From: Takakia lepidozioides
Lineage: Eukaryota; Plantae; Bryophyta
Assembly: GCA_030704615.1 (NCBI GenBank)
Contig: CM060732.1
Coordinates: forward strand, 38,812,001 to 38,876,000
Length of the DNA: 64,000 nucleotides
Direction: 5' to 3'
Shown here one piece after another: positions 25,059 to 37,100 of this stretch. The stretch's first letter is position 1, and each line of letters begins with the position of its first letter. The translations under genes and the position numbers were made by a program. The notes below the pieces were generated by a model. It saw nothing but the letters and a program-made list of their open reading frames with translations. It made no database searches and was not told where the DNA came from.

Positions 25059-28000
25059 ATGGCTTCCCAGGTTGTGGGCTCCCTTGACGCGGACTTCTTC
25101 AGTGACGACCACCCTGTTCCATTTTCTTACGAGGTGGAAGATGATGGTTTTGCGGTGGTTCATGAACTCGTCCTCGCAACGCAGTTTCGGTTGGAAAATG
25201 GTAGTCTATTCCTTCAGAGGGAAGTGTACGATGCCAATGGAAAACTGCTCAAGTACGCGTTCCAGAAACCATCGCAAACTGCACCAACCACGCAATGGAG
25301 AGTGCCTCCAGGCAGATACAGGGTGCTGAGTGCTCCTCTGAGACAGTCTGCAGGATCGTTCGTAACTCCTGGCACGGCAGCATCAGTGGCCCAGGAGAAG
25401 ACACCAGTGGTTGTGAAGAAGGAGGCGACTGCCGTTAACACTGTAGTTGACCTTTCGGACTCATCCTCCGATGACACATGTGCAATTCCGCCTGTGGATC
25501 AGCCATGTCCACATGTAGAACCAGATGTGGAGGAGATCTCCAGTGTCATTCCTAAATTGAAAGCGATGGGTGGGATGGCAGGATTCAAGAGTGAGTTGAG
25601 GGGGATAGACTGGAGCACTTTCAATATTGAAAGGGTGGCATTCTTGCCGGAATCGTTTGATGGTAATACTGTTTTTGAGCTGCCTCCTCCTGGTCGCGTG
25701 GGGGGATTTCCAGTCTCCTGGAAGGAATGGACAAAAAGCACGATGGGCACCCTTGGTGCCGCACAAAAACATCCAATATTCACAACAACGACAACCTCAT
25801 ATTCAGGCGAACAGTCTGTAATGGGCACCTGAAATGCGAGAACATGAAATGCAGACACTTCGCATTGTCAGGTGTGCAAAACCAAAGCGAATGGGATGGA
25901 GTCAGTGAGAATCCATTCAAGCCTGGGGTAACACCACCATACAGTAACACTTTTGTGTGCAAGTTCTGTAGGGTACCACCTTGCTGCCTTGCTTTGTGTG
26001 GCGCCAGAATGTATTATGTGGTGCATCGATTCAAAAACCTGACTAGAGCCTGTGTCCATTTCGGTTTTCACAACCACCCTGTGTCCAAGGGGGATTATAG
26101 GGAGAGCGTTGACACAGTCTCTCGTCTGATAAGGCAAGAGTTGGATACCAATCCAACTGGCACCACATCTGCAATTGCCATGGGGGCGAGCAAGTCCTTT
26201 CTGGAAAGCCGTATTCTGTGTGCATCAAATTCGGTTGGACGAATGCTGGAAGGACCAGCTTTGGACACTGTTATGGACCATTTCTCTGCTTTGACTTCTC
26301 CAAACATTAGGAATCAGGTGAACGCTTTAAGAATGGGCTCTGGGAGCCGAGGTTATATGGACAATATTATGGATTTGAAGAAAAGGAGCATGTACGACTA
26401 CATCCAAGACAGCGTTTTCCCGGGACAAGGAGCCAGGAAAGTGTTCTTGTTCAAAATGTCCACAAAAGGTGAGGGCAGCGGGGTCAGCCTGGTTAAACGT
26501 ATGCAGAAGGGTGGCGATCTTGGCAACTGCTTCCTTATGTTCGATCATGTCAAGAGAGTTAAAGACTGGACCACAATGGCATGTCATGTTTACGACCCTG
26601 TGTACCAGCGGGTCATGACAATTGCAGTGTGTGACATGCAGTCAGAGGACACAGACTCACAGCAGCTCATGTGGGAAGCTCTCATTCGTGTTATGGCCTC
26701 CAATGGTCTCCCATCTCCCAATTTCGTTGGTTTCATGGCCGATAGTGCTCAAGCTAACTTCAACGCTGTCCGCATTGTGTTCGGGTCGGGAGATCCAAAA
26801 GTGCCAATGCCTGGAAGAGAACGTACGTGTCTTTTCCATTGGACACAATCCCTCGACAAACACACAAAGACGTACATCAAGCCAGATATGCAGAGTATGC
26901 ATCGTCAACTGTGCAAACAGTACAAAGACGCCAAAACTATGGGGGAAGCGAATACATTGTTCCAGACAATTCGTGCCTGGTGGTACTCATCTGGAGCGGC
27001 ATCGGAGGACAGCATGAGGGCACTGCAAGACTGGTTCGCATTTTGGCACTTCCGTTACCGACAGTGGGGAGCGGCCATGACAACGGTGAGTGGTTTGCAT
27101 TCAAAAGTTTGTTTGGGTGCTTCCAATATATCTTTCAGGGTCCAACTCTAATATGGGCTTTGTGTTTTTTTGCCTTGCAGCATATGTCCATTGAGGAGAT
27201 GGCGGACATGCCTTCTTGCAATCTTGCGGAGACAGTGCACAATGCCTGGTTGCAGCAATCCGGCAAAAAAGGGAGAGATTTGTATGCAGCGACGGCCGAT
27301 GACCTTATTCGTGCTCTACAGCAGCAAACTAGATACAGGTCATTCTTGAGGGGTGGCCTTGGTGGCAAAGGTCCGGACAGGAGCGAGTTGATGTTGCGGG
27401 CAGCTGGAAGATCAGGGGATCCTAGCAAAATAGCGCGGGCAGTGAGCATATGTGCAGATGGCACCCCTCTCGTGGGAAGAGTTCCCCATCTGGAAGGCGA
27501 AGAGAGATTCGGGTCTTGCAAACGGAAATTGGACACCCCTCCGGGATCGGATGCAGATTCCCATAGGGCGGACAGGGTCAACTTCTCGACGCCACGTGTT
27601 CCCTTGGATCAGAGATGGAATTGCGGAACATCCACAGGTGAGGGCTACTCTGCCCCAGACCGGACCCCTGCATCAAGCACTGTCACTGCAATGGTTGAAG
27701 ACCAGAACGTGGTGTCGCATATAATCGAGTCTGAGGGCTTGGACGATGTTTGGCATATAGAACGCACAAGTGCTGGATCGCGTGTGAAATGCGCGGCGAT
27801 CAGGGCCACCAATCATGAAAAATGTACATCATTAATATCCAGAGGGAAAGAACGCACTGCAGCTCCTACATTCACGGGTTTGTTTCTCCCTTACGGACAA
27901 GGCGAGGCAAAGAACCACAAGTTCTGGTTCTGCGCTGACGATTGTGGGAGATGTGTGCATGGTACAGTGAGGCCTTCCGTGGTAAGGAAGCCTACTCCAC

Positions 28001-28563
28001 CAACCGTGTGGCCTGTGAAGATGGGCACAGGTCTCACTCACCGAGAGATCGCAATGCTGGAAGAGGCGGGTTTCTCCCTAGCCAGACATTCCATTGCACG
28101 TGAAGGTGCTTCAAGTGGAAGCGGTTCACGGGTACCTCCGCCTGACGCTCACTTGTGGCCAACCAGACGGAATGGGAAGTTGGTTCGACGATTCCCTCCA
28201 ACCGCAGAACACTACGGAAAAATTGAGTCCGCCAGAATGCTTCACGTTCGTGTTGCGGGAACAATGGAAGTGCCTGATCCAGGGTATGGTCGGGTCTTCA
28301 CCATGATCTCATCCGCATCTCCGCTGCAGGACAGGACGTACGAAATCACTGTTTCCAATTTTCCCAATTGTACATGTCCTGATTTTGTTGGTATGCTTTC
28401 AAGTAGTTTGGGAAAGAGAGGGAAGTTCATACCGTGCAAACACCTTTATTTCGTCTTCTTGAGAAGGATGGTTTGTGATCCAAAGCGGGACTTCTTCATT
28501 CACCAAGCCACTATGAGTTTCAACGAAGTCAACACACTTCTACAGCGGGATACAAGCCCATAA
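25059..28563 (+). CDS. Mutator-family DDE transposase with GCM/WRKY-like N-terminal Zn domain and C-terminal SWIM finger (one frameshift ~25700; intron 27086-27180)
   Basis: DGHPW..KTSNI...RTVCNGHLKCENMKC...C..C...C.C.AR...H..HNHP (GCM/WRKY-like). Catalytic FLMFD, FMADS, CLFH (CxxH) and NLAETVH. SWIM YEITVSNFPNCTCPDF...PCKHLYFV. Frameshift in a G-run. About 1130 aa when reconstructed. Confidence 0.9.
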
Positions 28564-28742
28564 AAATCTATGTTTTCCTTGACTACAACTTGTAATGGAA
28601 TGACTGTTCAAGTCCAGTGACTCTCAATGTATGTCGTCTAACATCTTTGCTATGCGTGGGTCAATGCATTTGTCGCATTGGTTTGTCATTCTCTTTTCAT
28701 TAGCAAACACAAGAAACTACCTTCAGATAGACAGATGATCAA

Positions 28743-28936
28743 ATCAACCTCGTCTCAACACGAGGTTTACTTGAAGTTCTCCAAATCCTCCTTGTGTTGA
28801 CACAAGGATGATTTTAGTTCTCAGAAAACAACATCGTGTCAACACGAAGTTCATTTTTGTTCCAGGAAAACAACCTCGTGTTAACACGAGGTTTTGTTGA
28901 AGTTCTCCAAATCCCCCTTGTGTCGACACTAGGTTC
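28743..28936. repeat. Cluster of variant palindromes (CCTYGTGT-NN-ACACRAGG) downstream of the transposase
   Basis: About 5 copies, e.g. CCTTGTGTTGACACAAGG at ~28790 and AACCTCGTGTTAACACGAGGTT at ~28872. Confidence 0.75.
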
Positions 28937-29699
28937 ATTTCAGTTCTACGAAATGAAGCTCCTGTTAACAGAAGGTTGAACTCCAGGAAAGCCCAAAACC
29001 CTTCATCCGTTTCACCTTCATGTGGGGAAATCAGCAGTTGGGGGCTCCACGGTTATAGGCCCACCTTCTTTGTGGTGACGTGGCATGACCTGGACCAGGC
29101 TCACGCCACGTCAGCATCAGCGCCATGTCAGCAGCGTGAGCGTAGGCTCACGCCACGTCATCATTGTGTGAGCGTACGCTCACACGCTCACGCGCCAGGC
29201 TCACACGGTAGCGTCGTTGGTCTTGGGGTACCTACAAATGGCAAAGAGTGAAGCTGCAATGTGTTGTCATGCCCAAGAAGATTACTTGGTTGTATGTTTG
29301 AAATCTGGTAAATTGCAGGCTAGTCCTTCAAGGTGCTTGTATGAACATACCTTGAATCTATAGCAGGGCAGGTTGTTCTTACCTACCCAAGGAGCCTTGC
29401 ATGGTGCATGTCTTGGGTTACTTACAGGAATTTGAACATGTTGCAGCAATCTGATTTTTCAGTAAACAAGATGCTTGCTTATATGCTTGTCTTGTTGTCA
29501 TGACCTGTACATAAACAAACCCCACCCTCCCACCCTGTTTTATCATGAATGATTGGGTGAAATCACCTGGGAAGTCATGACAAGAATGGAAATGTTAGAT
29601 GGTGCCCTGTTTATGGGCTGTTTATGTCTTTAATTGACAATGACCCTAATGGGTCTTGTCCATGTCTTGACATGACATGAGTATCTTCCCTCTCTCTTT

Positions 29700-30340
29700 A
29701 TAACTTTTTCTGCAGAGGGGTCAACTCTGAGGTTAAGAAAACCATGCTTTGTCGCATTATTAGACCTGCCTTGGAGTACGGATCTGCAATATGGGTTGAT
29801 AAATGTGACTTAGAGGTTGTAGTGTCCAAAGCCTTGTCTGTTGCCATGAGATTGTCTGATGAAAATGAAGTTAGGCAGAAAACTTCCCTGAACTTGTTTC
29901 CAGTCAGTGACATGGGGGAGGACATCTTGGATGACCTTAAGGGTCTACCCACTCTCGGCACTAGACTGAAATTTAAACTTAGGGTAGGAAGCCTACCTTT
30001 GAACAGCAAACAGAAGCAGAGAAGAAAGGGAGAGTGCAATTGCCCGTTGTGTGGGCAATCTGAAGACAATACTCATTTTTTGATACACTGTCCGGGGTTC
30101 TCTCACCAAAGAGACGCTCTTTTCAAATATATCAAGGGAATTGTGCCTGTACCTCTGTTTACCAACTTTGAAAGTCTCAAGGCTGAGCCAAAAACCCAGG
30201 CCCTCTTGAGGCCTAGTTATTGGGCAAATCACACACAACAGTTTGATGCTTGTGTGAAGGGATTTCTAGAGGATATATGGAAAACCCAGATTAATTCTAT
30301 ATATGAAGGTAAGTCTTACTACCAACGGTGCTTAGTCACT
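29700..30340 (+). mobile_element. Non-LTR retrotransposon (LINE) ORF2 C-terminal fragment
   Basis: IIRPALEYGSAIW (end of the RT thumb region) joined to FKLRVGSLPL...CPLCGQSEDNTHFLIHC (CCHC zinc knuckle). Confidence 0.8.
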
Positions 30341-31189
30341 CCCCCCCCCCCCCCCCCACCTTTTTCTTTTCTCTTTGTTGTCCCCTCTCGAGACCCCGAG
30401 CACTTGCTGCTCTCAGCCCCCAACATGCTTGGTTTTTTTTGTTTTTGATCTGGAATGTAGAGGTTCTTTCCTAATGAGGCCAACTTGTGGGTTTGCATGA
30501 CAGGTGCCAGCTTATGGGGAAAGAGAAGAAGTCCCCTGCCCCAAAGAAAGGGGCGGACAATCCGTTTACTCTGTCGGCACGTGTGACGCGCTAGGGCGTC
30601 TCCCGGTTAACCAGCCCCGTCGACAGCCGCAGCCGGAGGGCTCGTCTGCCCCCCGAGGCTAGTACCCCCCTTCTTGTCCACATCTTGGATGCGCTAGGGG
30701 CCGGCTCAGCTAGCTCTCCTACTTAGGAGGTTGTTGCTGAGCCGGATGCTTAGTTGAGCACACCCCGGCCACCAAGACGGGTGAAATGTACCTTGGCAAG
30801 CATATCACCTGTTCGGGGCCCCGGTATGGGCACCTTTTGGATGTCACCCCCATAGTGACCCCTTCCTCCGCAGCAAAGGCTGCACTTGCCAAGGCCCAAC
30901 GTCAGGTTCAAGGGCCTTTGAAAGCCTCCATTGCCGGCCCATTGTTGTCGATGAGGGAGGAGGAGACGAGGAGGGCCAATTAAGTGGCCAAGATAGCGAA
31001 GCGCCTCGAAGAAGTCAAGCCATGTGAGGGCTTCTACCCTGATACGCAGTTGGGGGGGGGAGAGGAGGAGGTATGGGCCGGTTCGGAGTAGCCTAGCCGA
31101 CAGCGACACCGCCCCCTGAGCCTAAGCGGTCAGCAAAGAAGGGCCTGGACTACAAAATCAACCCCCAACCACCACCCCCCCCCCCCCCA

Positions 31190-31863
31190 GGGTGCCCTCG
31201 CGCGACGCAAGTTCCATTTGCGGGCGGCAACGCCCGACACCCCCTGCGACGTGTTTTTTTGGTCCGAGGGTCGCAAACCGCGACGCCCTGGCGTCGCAAA
31301 GACCGTCACCCTGCCTACGCAACATCTTTTTATTATTATTAAATATAAAACATAAGCGATGCCAGAGCGTCGCCAAAACCCACGCCCGGGCGTGGCGGAG
31401 CCCGACTCCTGCTCCTGCTGTTTTTTTTTGCCACGCCCATAGTCGCTTGCAGCGACGCACGGGCGTTGCTTGGCGTATCACCTGGCTTACGCCACGTGTT
31501 TTTTGGGTTTTAGGATGGGACTCCCGGGCAGGTTAGAAAAAAAAAAGGGATGCGACGTTGTGCCAGCGCCCACACCAACACCGTCGGCTGGAGGGCCACG
31601 ACGGCGAGACGTCGCTCAAAGGAGGCCCCTGCCATCAGCGCAGACGGCCTGAAAAGTGACGTCTGGCAGTCGCGGGAGTTGGGGCGGGGGCTCGCGACCC
31701 CCATACATCGCATTTTTGCGATGTCATTTTGGCGACGCCCATGCGACTGCCGGGCGTCGCAAATTTTGCGCCTGCCGCGTGCTCGAAAAGGGCGTTTTCC
31801 CGAAACTGGGGCGTGGCTGCGGCGTGGCTCGGGCATCGCAAAGGCCCCTCTTTTCCTATAGTG
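31190..31863. repeat. CACTA right subterminal GCGACG repeats and TIR
   Basis: Same GCGAC/GTCGC motifs as the left end, ending ...CCTATAGTG. Confidence 0.85.
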
Positions 31864-31930
31864 GGTCAAAGAGGTTCATGGTGACATTATCAAAGCTAGA
31901 GTTGGACTATTGGTCAAGCACGGCGTTGAG
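31864..31930 (+). pseudogene. PPR gene fragment, 3' continuation
   Basis: KEVHGDIIKA follows the TSD and continues the PPR repeat cut at 11187. Confidence 0.75.
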
Positions 31931-32097
31931 GATCCACTTCATTGTGTCTTGACAAGCAAATTATGCATCTGTGGGCTAGTTCTGCCTTTTTGACTTTGGC
32001 AGCAAGGTGTGGTAGGTGTCCACTTATCTGGACAATATACATTATAGTTCTAGGCGACCATAGATTGTCCTTGTGGATGGATGTTGGTTGGTGTCAG

Positions 32098-33654
32098 GTT
32101 TTGGATGTGGGCTGTGGCATTGGGGGCCCATTGAGGGAGATTGTTGGCTTCAGGTATCCTACTTTTCCATAACTCTCATTCTCTTGTGTTATCAGGTCTC
32201 GTTATGTAAACAAGACATCTTGTTATTTGTAGTAAATTATGTTCTCATTATTGCTGGAATGACAAGGTATTTGGAGTCATAAGTTGACTTGGCTTTTGTC
32301 TCTTCAGTTATACCATTTATCAATCCAATAGTCAGCTCAACAGTGATGAAAGGACTTCTCAATGCCATGATACATTTAGAAGTTACACCGAGGGCTTCAA
32401 TTGGAAGTCGTGGCATGGATGGCTGAAATGGGTGCTAAAATTATAATATGCCCTATATGCTGCAGCGGCGCTTTGGTCACAGGGCTTAACAACAATGCCT
32501 ATCAAATTTCCCGTGGCACTGTAAGTTCTTAATTGCTGCCCATTTAAGTGAAGGATCAACCTTGGAATGCTTCTGACCTCACATGAAATTGGGAGATTTG
32601 TTCTCACAACATTAAGCAGCTAAATGTTGGTTGACTATCATTGTGTTTTTGTGGGTGGCTGTAGGTGTTAAACAAGAAGGCTGGTTTGGACAAGACATGC
32701 GACTACCTTAAAGTATGCATGCTAGCGGCACACACCCTGAGTTATGTTTCAACAAGTTTCAGCCTAGTTTTGTTGCTCTGTTCTTGTCAATTGACTCAAC
32801 TAAATATTTAGCGGTAATCATGTTGTGATGAATAAAACTTCAAGATGAGAACAATGGGGTGAGCATTGTTAATTGAGTAGTCCATGCAACTGGTCCAGTG
32901 GTAGTGGGATGCAGGTATTGGTCAATGCCACTGAGTAACTAAATGTGAACGTCTCTCTTATTTATGGTGTTTTTCCTTGCTTCCATGTTGAGATTTAGAA
33001 CGCCATTTTGACTACCTTTCCTAGACAGTCACACTTGGTTTGGATGATGCAGGCAGACTTCATGCATATACCAGTCCCTAACAACATGCATGATGCAGTT
33101 TATGCGATTGAGGCCACCTGTCATGCCCCTGTAAGTCTTCCACATCTGTATATTTTGCTTTATGTGTCCCCACTTTATGAAGTTCACTTCTTTATTTTCT
33201 TGTCCTTGGCCCTTTGGGCCTCCAATGGATGTAATTATTTTTTATCCTCTGTCTTTCTCTCCACTGTGTGTTTGGCACAAGTTGAGGGATGAAGTGATGT
33301 GGGTCATCTTTGTGGTACTTGGGACTTCTCTACCTCCTTCTGCTCAATCTCACTTGTCAAGCAGTATAACAATTTCTTGCACATGGGATAGGGGCAATAT
33401 TGTTGTGAGAGAGCTACTGCAAGGCATGACATATTTCTCCTAGGTACATGGGCTTCCAGTTTGGTTTGTTCTGTCTTCATGTCGTCTACAAGATTCAAAA
33501 ACTTAAATTTGCCAGGGTCTTGATGGTGGAGAGACAGGTTGCATGCTACAAGGAAATATATAGAGTGCTAAAACCTGGGTAGCTATTTGCTGGCTACGAA
33601 TGGTGCATGACTGAAGCTTTTGACCCCAAAAATGACCTTCATCAAAAGTGCAAG
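32098..33654 (+). pseudogene. SMT1: Sterol C24-methyltransferase (SMT1-like) internal gene fragment with introns
   Basis: Exons VLDVGCGIGGPLREIVGF (32098-32153), GALVTGLNNNAYQISRGT (~32466-32520), VLNKKAGLDKTCDYLK (32665-32712), ADFMHIP...[12 protein letters not shown] (33053-33130) and CYKEIYRVLKPG*LFAGYEWCMT (33538-33654, in-frame TAG). 5' and 3' exons were not found. Confidence 0.88.
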
Positions 33655-33779
33655 GTTTTTACTTTTGCTAACTATCCTTGACATGGTATGAATATGTATG
33701 GTACTGAATGGGGAAGTGTTTAGTCTGATGTTTGTGTGGTATCCTCTTACAAAATCTGCAAAGACCCTCTTTCATTCCC

Positions 33780-34100
33780 TCTATATGTCCAATAAGCATC
33801 TTGGTGGGTTTTGGCGGGTCAGATGTCTCTCTCTGTTTAACTGCCTGATAGTCTTGGCACACTCCAGGTCTATCATTCCCACTCTCAACATCTCACAGCT
33901 ATCCTTCCTGACGGGTATGTCACTCCATCTCTCACTCACTGTATTGTCTTCTTTCTCGCTGTCTCTATCTTTCCAGCAAAGGGTGTCATACAGGTCTGGG
34001 TTTTTGGTCATTTCTATCTGGTTTGTAAGACCTTCCATGTTAAGAGTCGATTTTTGCTCCCTCTTTGAACCTTGACATCCAGCCTGGTTATGTTCAAGCT
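33780..34100 (-). mobile_element. Degenerate LINE fragment
   Basis: Weak resemblance to the post-RT region of LINE ORF2 (EMLRVGMIDLE...RQLNRERHLTRQNPPR). Strongly CpG-depleted. Confidence 0.3.
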
Positions 34101-37100
34101 ATACTTGCAAGATAGGTGTGGTTTTTCTGGGCAGTTCACACTAACTATGCACTCTTCTCCTAATCTCAGTGACGCTGCTGGTGTCTTATGGGCTGGTCTT
34201 GGCAGGCCTGCAGTCTCTCACTATTCCCTTGACAGATAGATTCATGAACTCATGTGTTTGTGGTTGTGGTGTACATGTAGTGGGCATGGAGTTACTGCAC
34301 GTTCGTGACCTGGGAACTGTCTTGACAATCAACATTTGGGAGCTATAACAAGGCTGATGTAAGGCTGTTTGTCATGGCTAGTGAGCCAAAGCAGGAAATT
34401 TAACGATTATGAGGGCAACATGTATGTTATGCTGCCCCCCTTAGACTCTGTTTCGAGGAGCCAAATTTTGGGACAACAGTGTTGTTTTGTAAATCTGACT
34501 GGCAGTTGTTTAAGACAATCTTTTTTTACATCTGGAATCAGTCCCCTCAGTTCCTTTGTAATGTCCTTTGCACTTTGTCACTATGTTCTTTCCTGTGAAT
34601 GATGGTGTGTTATGGTTTTCCAAATAATATTAAAAACCAAATTCTCAACAACTAATTTGATGCCACGTCTCCAACCCAACAAACCACTCTACAGTAGGCA
34701 CCATAACTACACAACATCCATCATACATTGACACGTGTCATATCCTCGAGAAAACACCTGGCAATGAGCTCCTATAGGCATAGTCGTGGGAATGACTTTA
34801 AATACATTTAAAGTTCAAAATAAACTACTCATATGGTCCCACGTATCAAGATATTAGCATGGTTGTAGTCAGGATAATGACTGCAGGACCTCCTAATGGA
34901 TATGCCACGTGGCAGTTTCTAGAGACGCCATATGGCGCACATCCACAAAACCTCCTGGACTTATTAAAAGAGACACGTGTACAGTTTACAGCAGCACACT
35001 AAGTCATGTATGGTAGAGGTACATATGACTACCAACTGACAGTGAGATGTATCACTTGGATCATATGACTGCAGTCATCCATGACCGACCATACTGTATT
35101 CATTGTATTCACTTGGTTTGCACGACTTGTAGTCAGCGTAGTCAGATGTACCGTTTATGACTACGAGATAGTCATATATACCGCGATCTGTTGTAGTGCG
35201 AGTGAGGAAACAAAAGCAAACCAACAGCGACGTGAGCGATGCTGACCAACAAGCAGTAAAACAGAAGCAAATCAACAAACAAATCAACAAACACAGAAAC
35301 ATTGAACTGAAACAACATAACAACAACAAACCAGCATAACAAAACAAGCCAGAGCGAGCCAGAGAGAATCACATCAAACCAGATAAAAACAATAAACAAG
35401 AAGATTACCTGCTGGATGCCTGAGCCATTTCGATGCCCCTGTTGCTGACCTGAAACGCCTGACCTTAAGCTTCCACCGCTCCGCTCTGCTCTGCTTCCAT
35501 CTCGTTTCCTGTTTGCGCTTGAATCTGCTATTTGCTCTATTTCCCTCCACTGCACTCTCACGCTGCACTGAACTGCACGCTATCTTCTCTCTGCTCTCAC
35601 AGCACCCTGCACAGCACGCTCTCTACTCTTCATGCTCTCCCCTCTTCAAAACTCTCTCTTTTCTAGCGCTCGTCTCTCTTAGCACTTCCGCAGCGCTTCC
35701 GCAAAAACAATGCAGTGGCGAAAGGGTGAGCGCGTGTTATTTCCAAAGGACGCAATGGTTCAGATCCTCTGTGACGTTCAGCCATCCAACATCCATGCAA
35801 ATATCATCCAATTCATCCTTTCCATTCTGTCCATCCATTTGACGAATGATTAGATGAAATGTAAAAACGGATGAATGAACGAGAAAATATGACGTTAATG
35901 ATCCTTGCACATGTCATCAATTATAACCCCGCGGGATATTTCCCACACCCCACACATGACGATAAATGGAATGTACAAGACATATCCTCCTGCGGCGTTT
36001 AGCCGCTTGGAATTATTGCTCCTGACAATGTCTACATTCGGCGGTTTCCGGCGTGGAATATTTTCTCTCTCACTCCAATCGCAACAAACGTCTTCTTTTA
36101 CGGCCGCCGCATTCTCTGCCGAGTGTCATCTCCGCACGATTTCATGAAACGCTTATCAACGGCGTCAAGCTTTGCTCCACGAGGACATCATTGAACGCAA
36201 AATATGTACTATTTTATAAGCACAAGTACGAAACTATTGAACTGCCGTTACCGTTCTGGCATCATAATTGTGACATAGGGTGCTACCAATAAAGGACACT
36301 CATTTCCGAAATTGCTCAAAGAGTGCACTCCTGCACCCGCCAGAACCGTTAGATTGTGGCGATATCAGATATCAATGGCGCTGACAATCGATCCGCGAGA
36401 CAATATATCGCACTATCCCATTGCAGGCCGGGTGCCAACAGGCAAGCTGGTTTCCACCTCTATATAAGGTCCCAGTGTAAACTGTACACACTTCTACCTC
36501 CATACCTCTCACTTGCAGATTGTGTTTCCCGCACCTCTCTGACCATCTCCCACCTCATTGCCCATAGTGCACCTCCCTGAGCATCTTGTACCTTTGTGGC
36601 CATCGCAGGTGTACCTCTCTGAGTTTTCATAATCTCTCGTGTGAACTGCATTTTCTCCTGTAGGAAGTATTATGACATCTGTGTGTTTTTTATAGTCTAC
36701 AGGAAAATCTACTTATTTCTCATATGCAAATTACAGTCCAATAGTCTCATTTCCCTGTATTTGTCCATCTCTCCAATTTCTGTATTTCGTCATCCCTCAA
36801 GTCGTGCACCTCCACTGGATAGTCGCGTCAATGCTCACATTCATCCGTCATTTCAATTATTCATCCATACACCCATATTCATCCACTATTATTCATCCGT
36901 CCAACTATTTTCATCTGTATCTCATCCAACCTCCACTGTATGGTGGAGGTTATATAATTAGACTCCATCTTCATATTACACATTGTTTCGGACCAAACAG
37001 TAATTCCATTTCTATTCTTCTTCTCGGAAACGTTCTTACACGGGGTTATTGACTTTTTTTCTATTGATTCATCTCTGCATAGACTTTTTATTCATCCAAA

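Larger units (their letters stand above)
17810..29219. mobile_element. Mutator-like element (MULE), 11.4 kb, carrying a transposase and a ParB-DNA methyltransferase gene
   Basis: 9-bp TSD GTCTTGGGG at 17801-17809 and 29220-29228. Imperfect short TIRs: left AATGCTTGCGCGTGAGCCTGGC, right (reverse complement) GACGCTACCGTGTGAGCCTGGC. Subterminal GGCTCACGCCACGTCA motifs at both ends. Removing the element restores the host 193-bp repeat. It encodes a MULE DDE transposase. Confidence 0.92.
11188..31863. mobile_element. CACTA (En/Spm) DNA transposon, 20.7 kb including nested insertions
   Basis: Left end CACTACAGCAAATGAGGAGGGTTTTGCGACGCC. Right end (reverse complement) CACTATAGGAAAAGAGGGGCCTTTGCGATGCC. 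3-bp TSD GGT at 11185-11187 and 31864-31866. Internal Tnp2-type transposase remnants. Confidence 0.95.

Noticed and set aside
34700-35700. Possible LTR or gene promoter (G-box GCCACGTGGC, CT-rich tract)
   Set aside because: No paired LTR, primer-binding site or downstream coding sequence could be identified.
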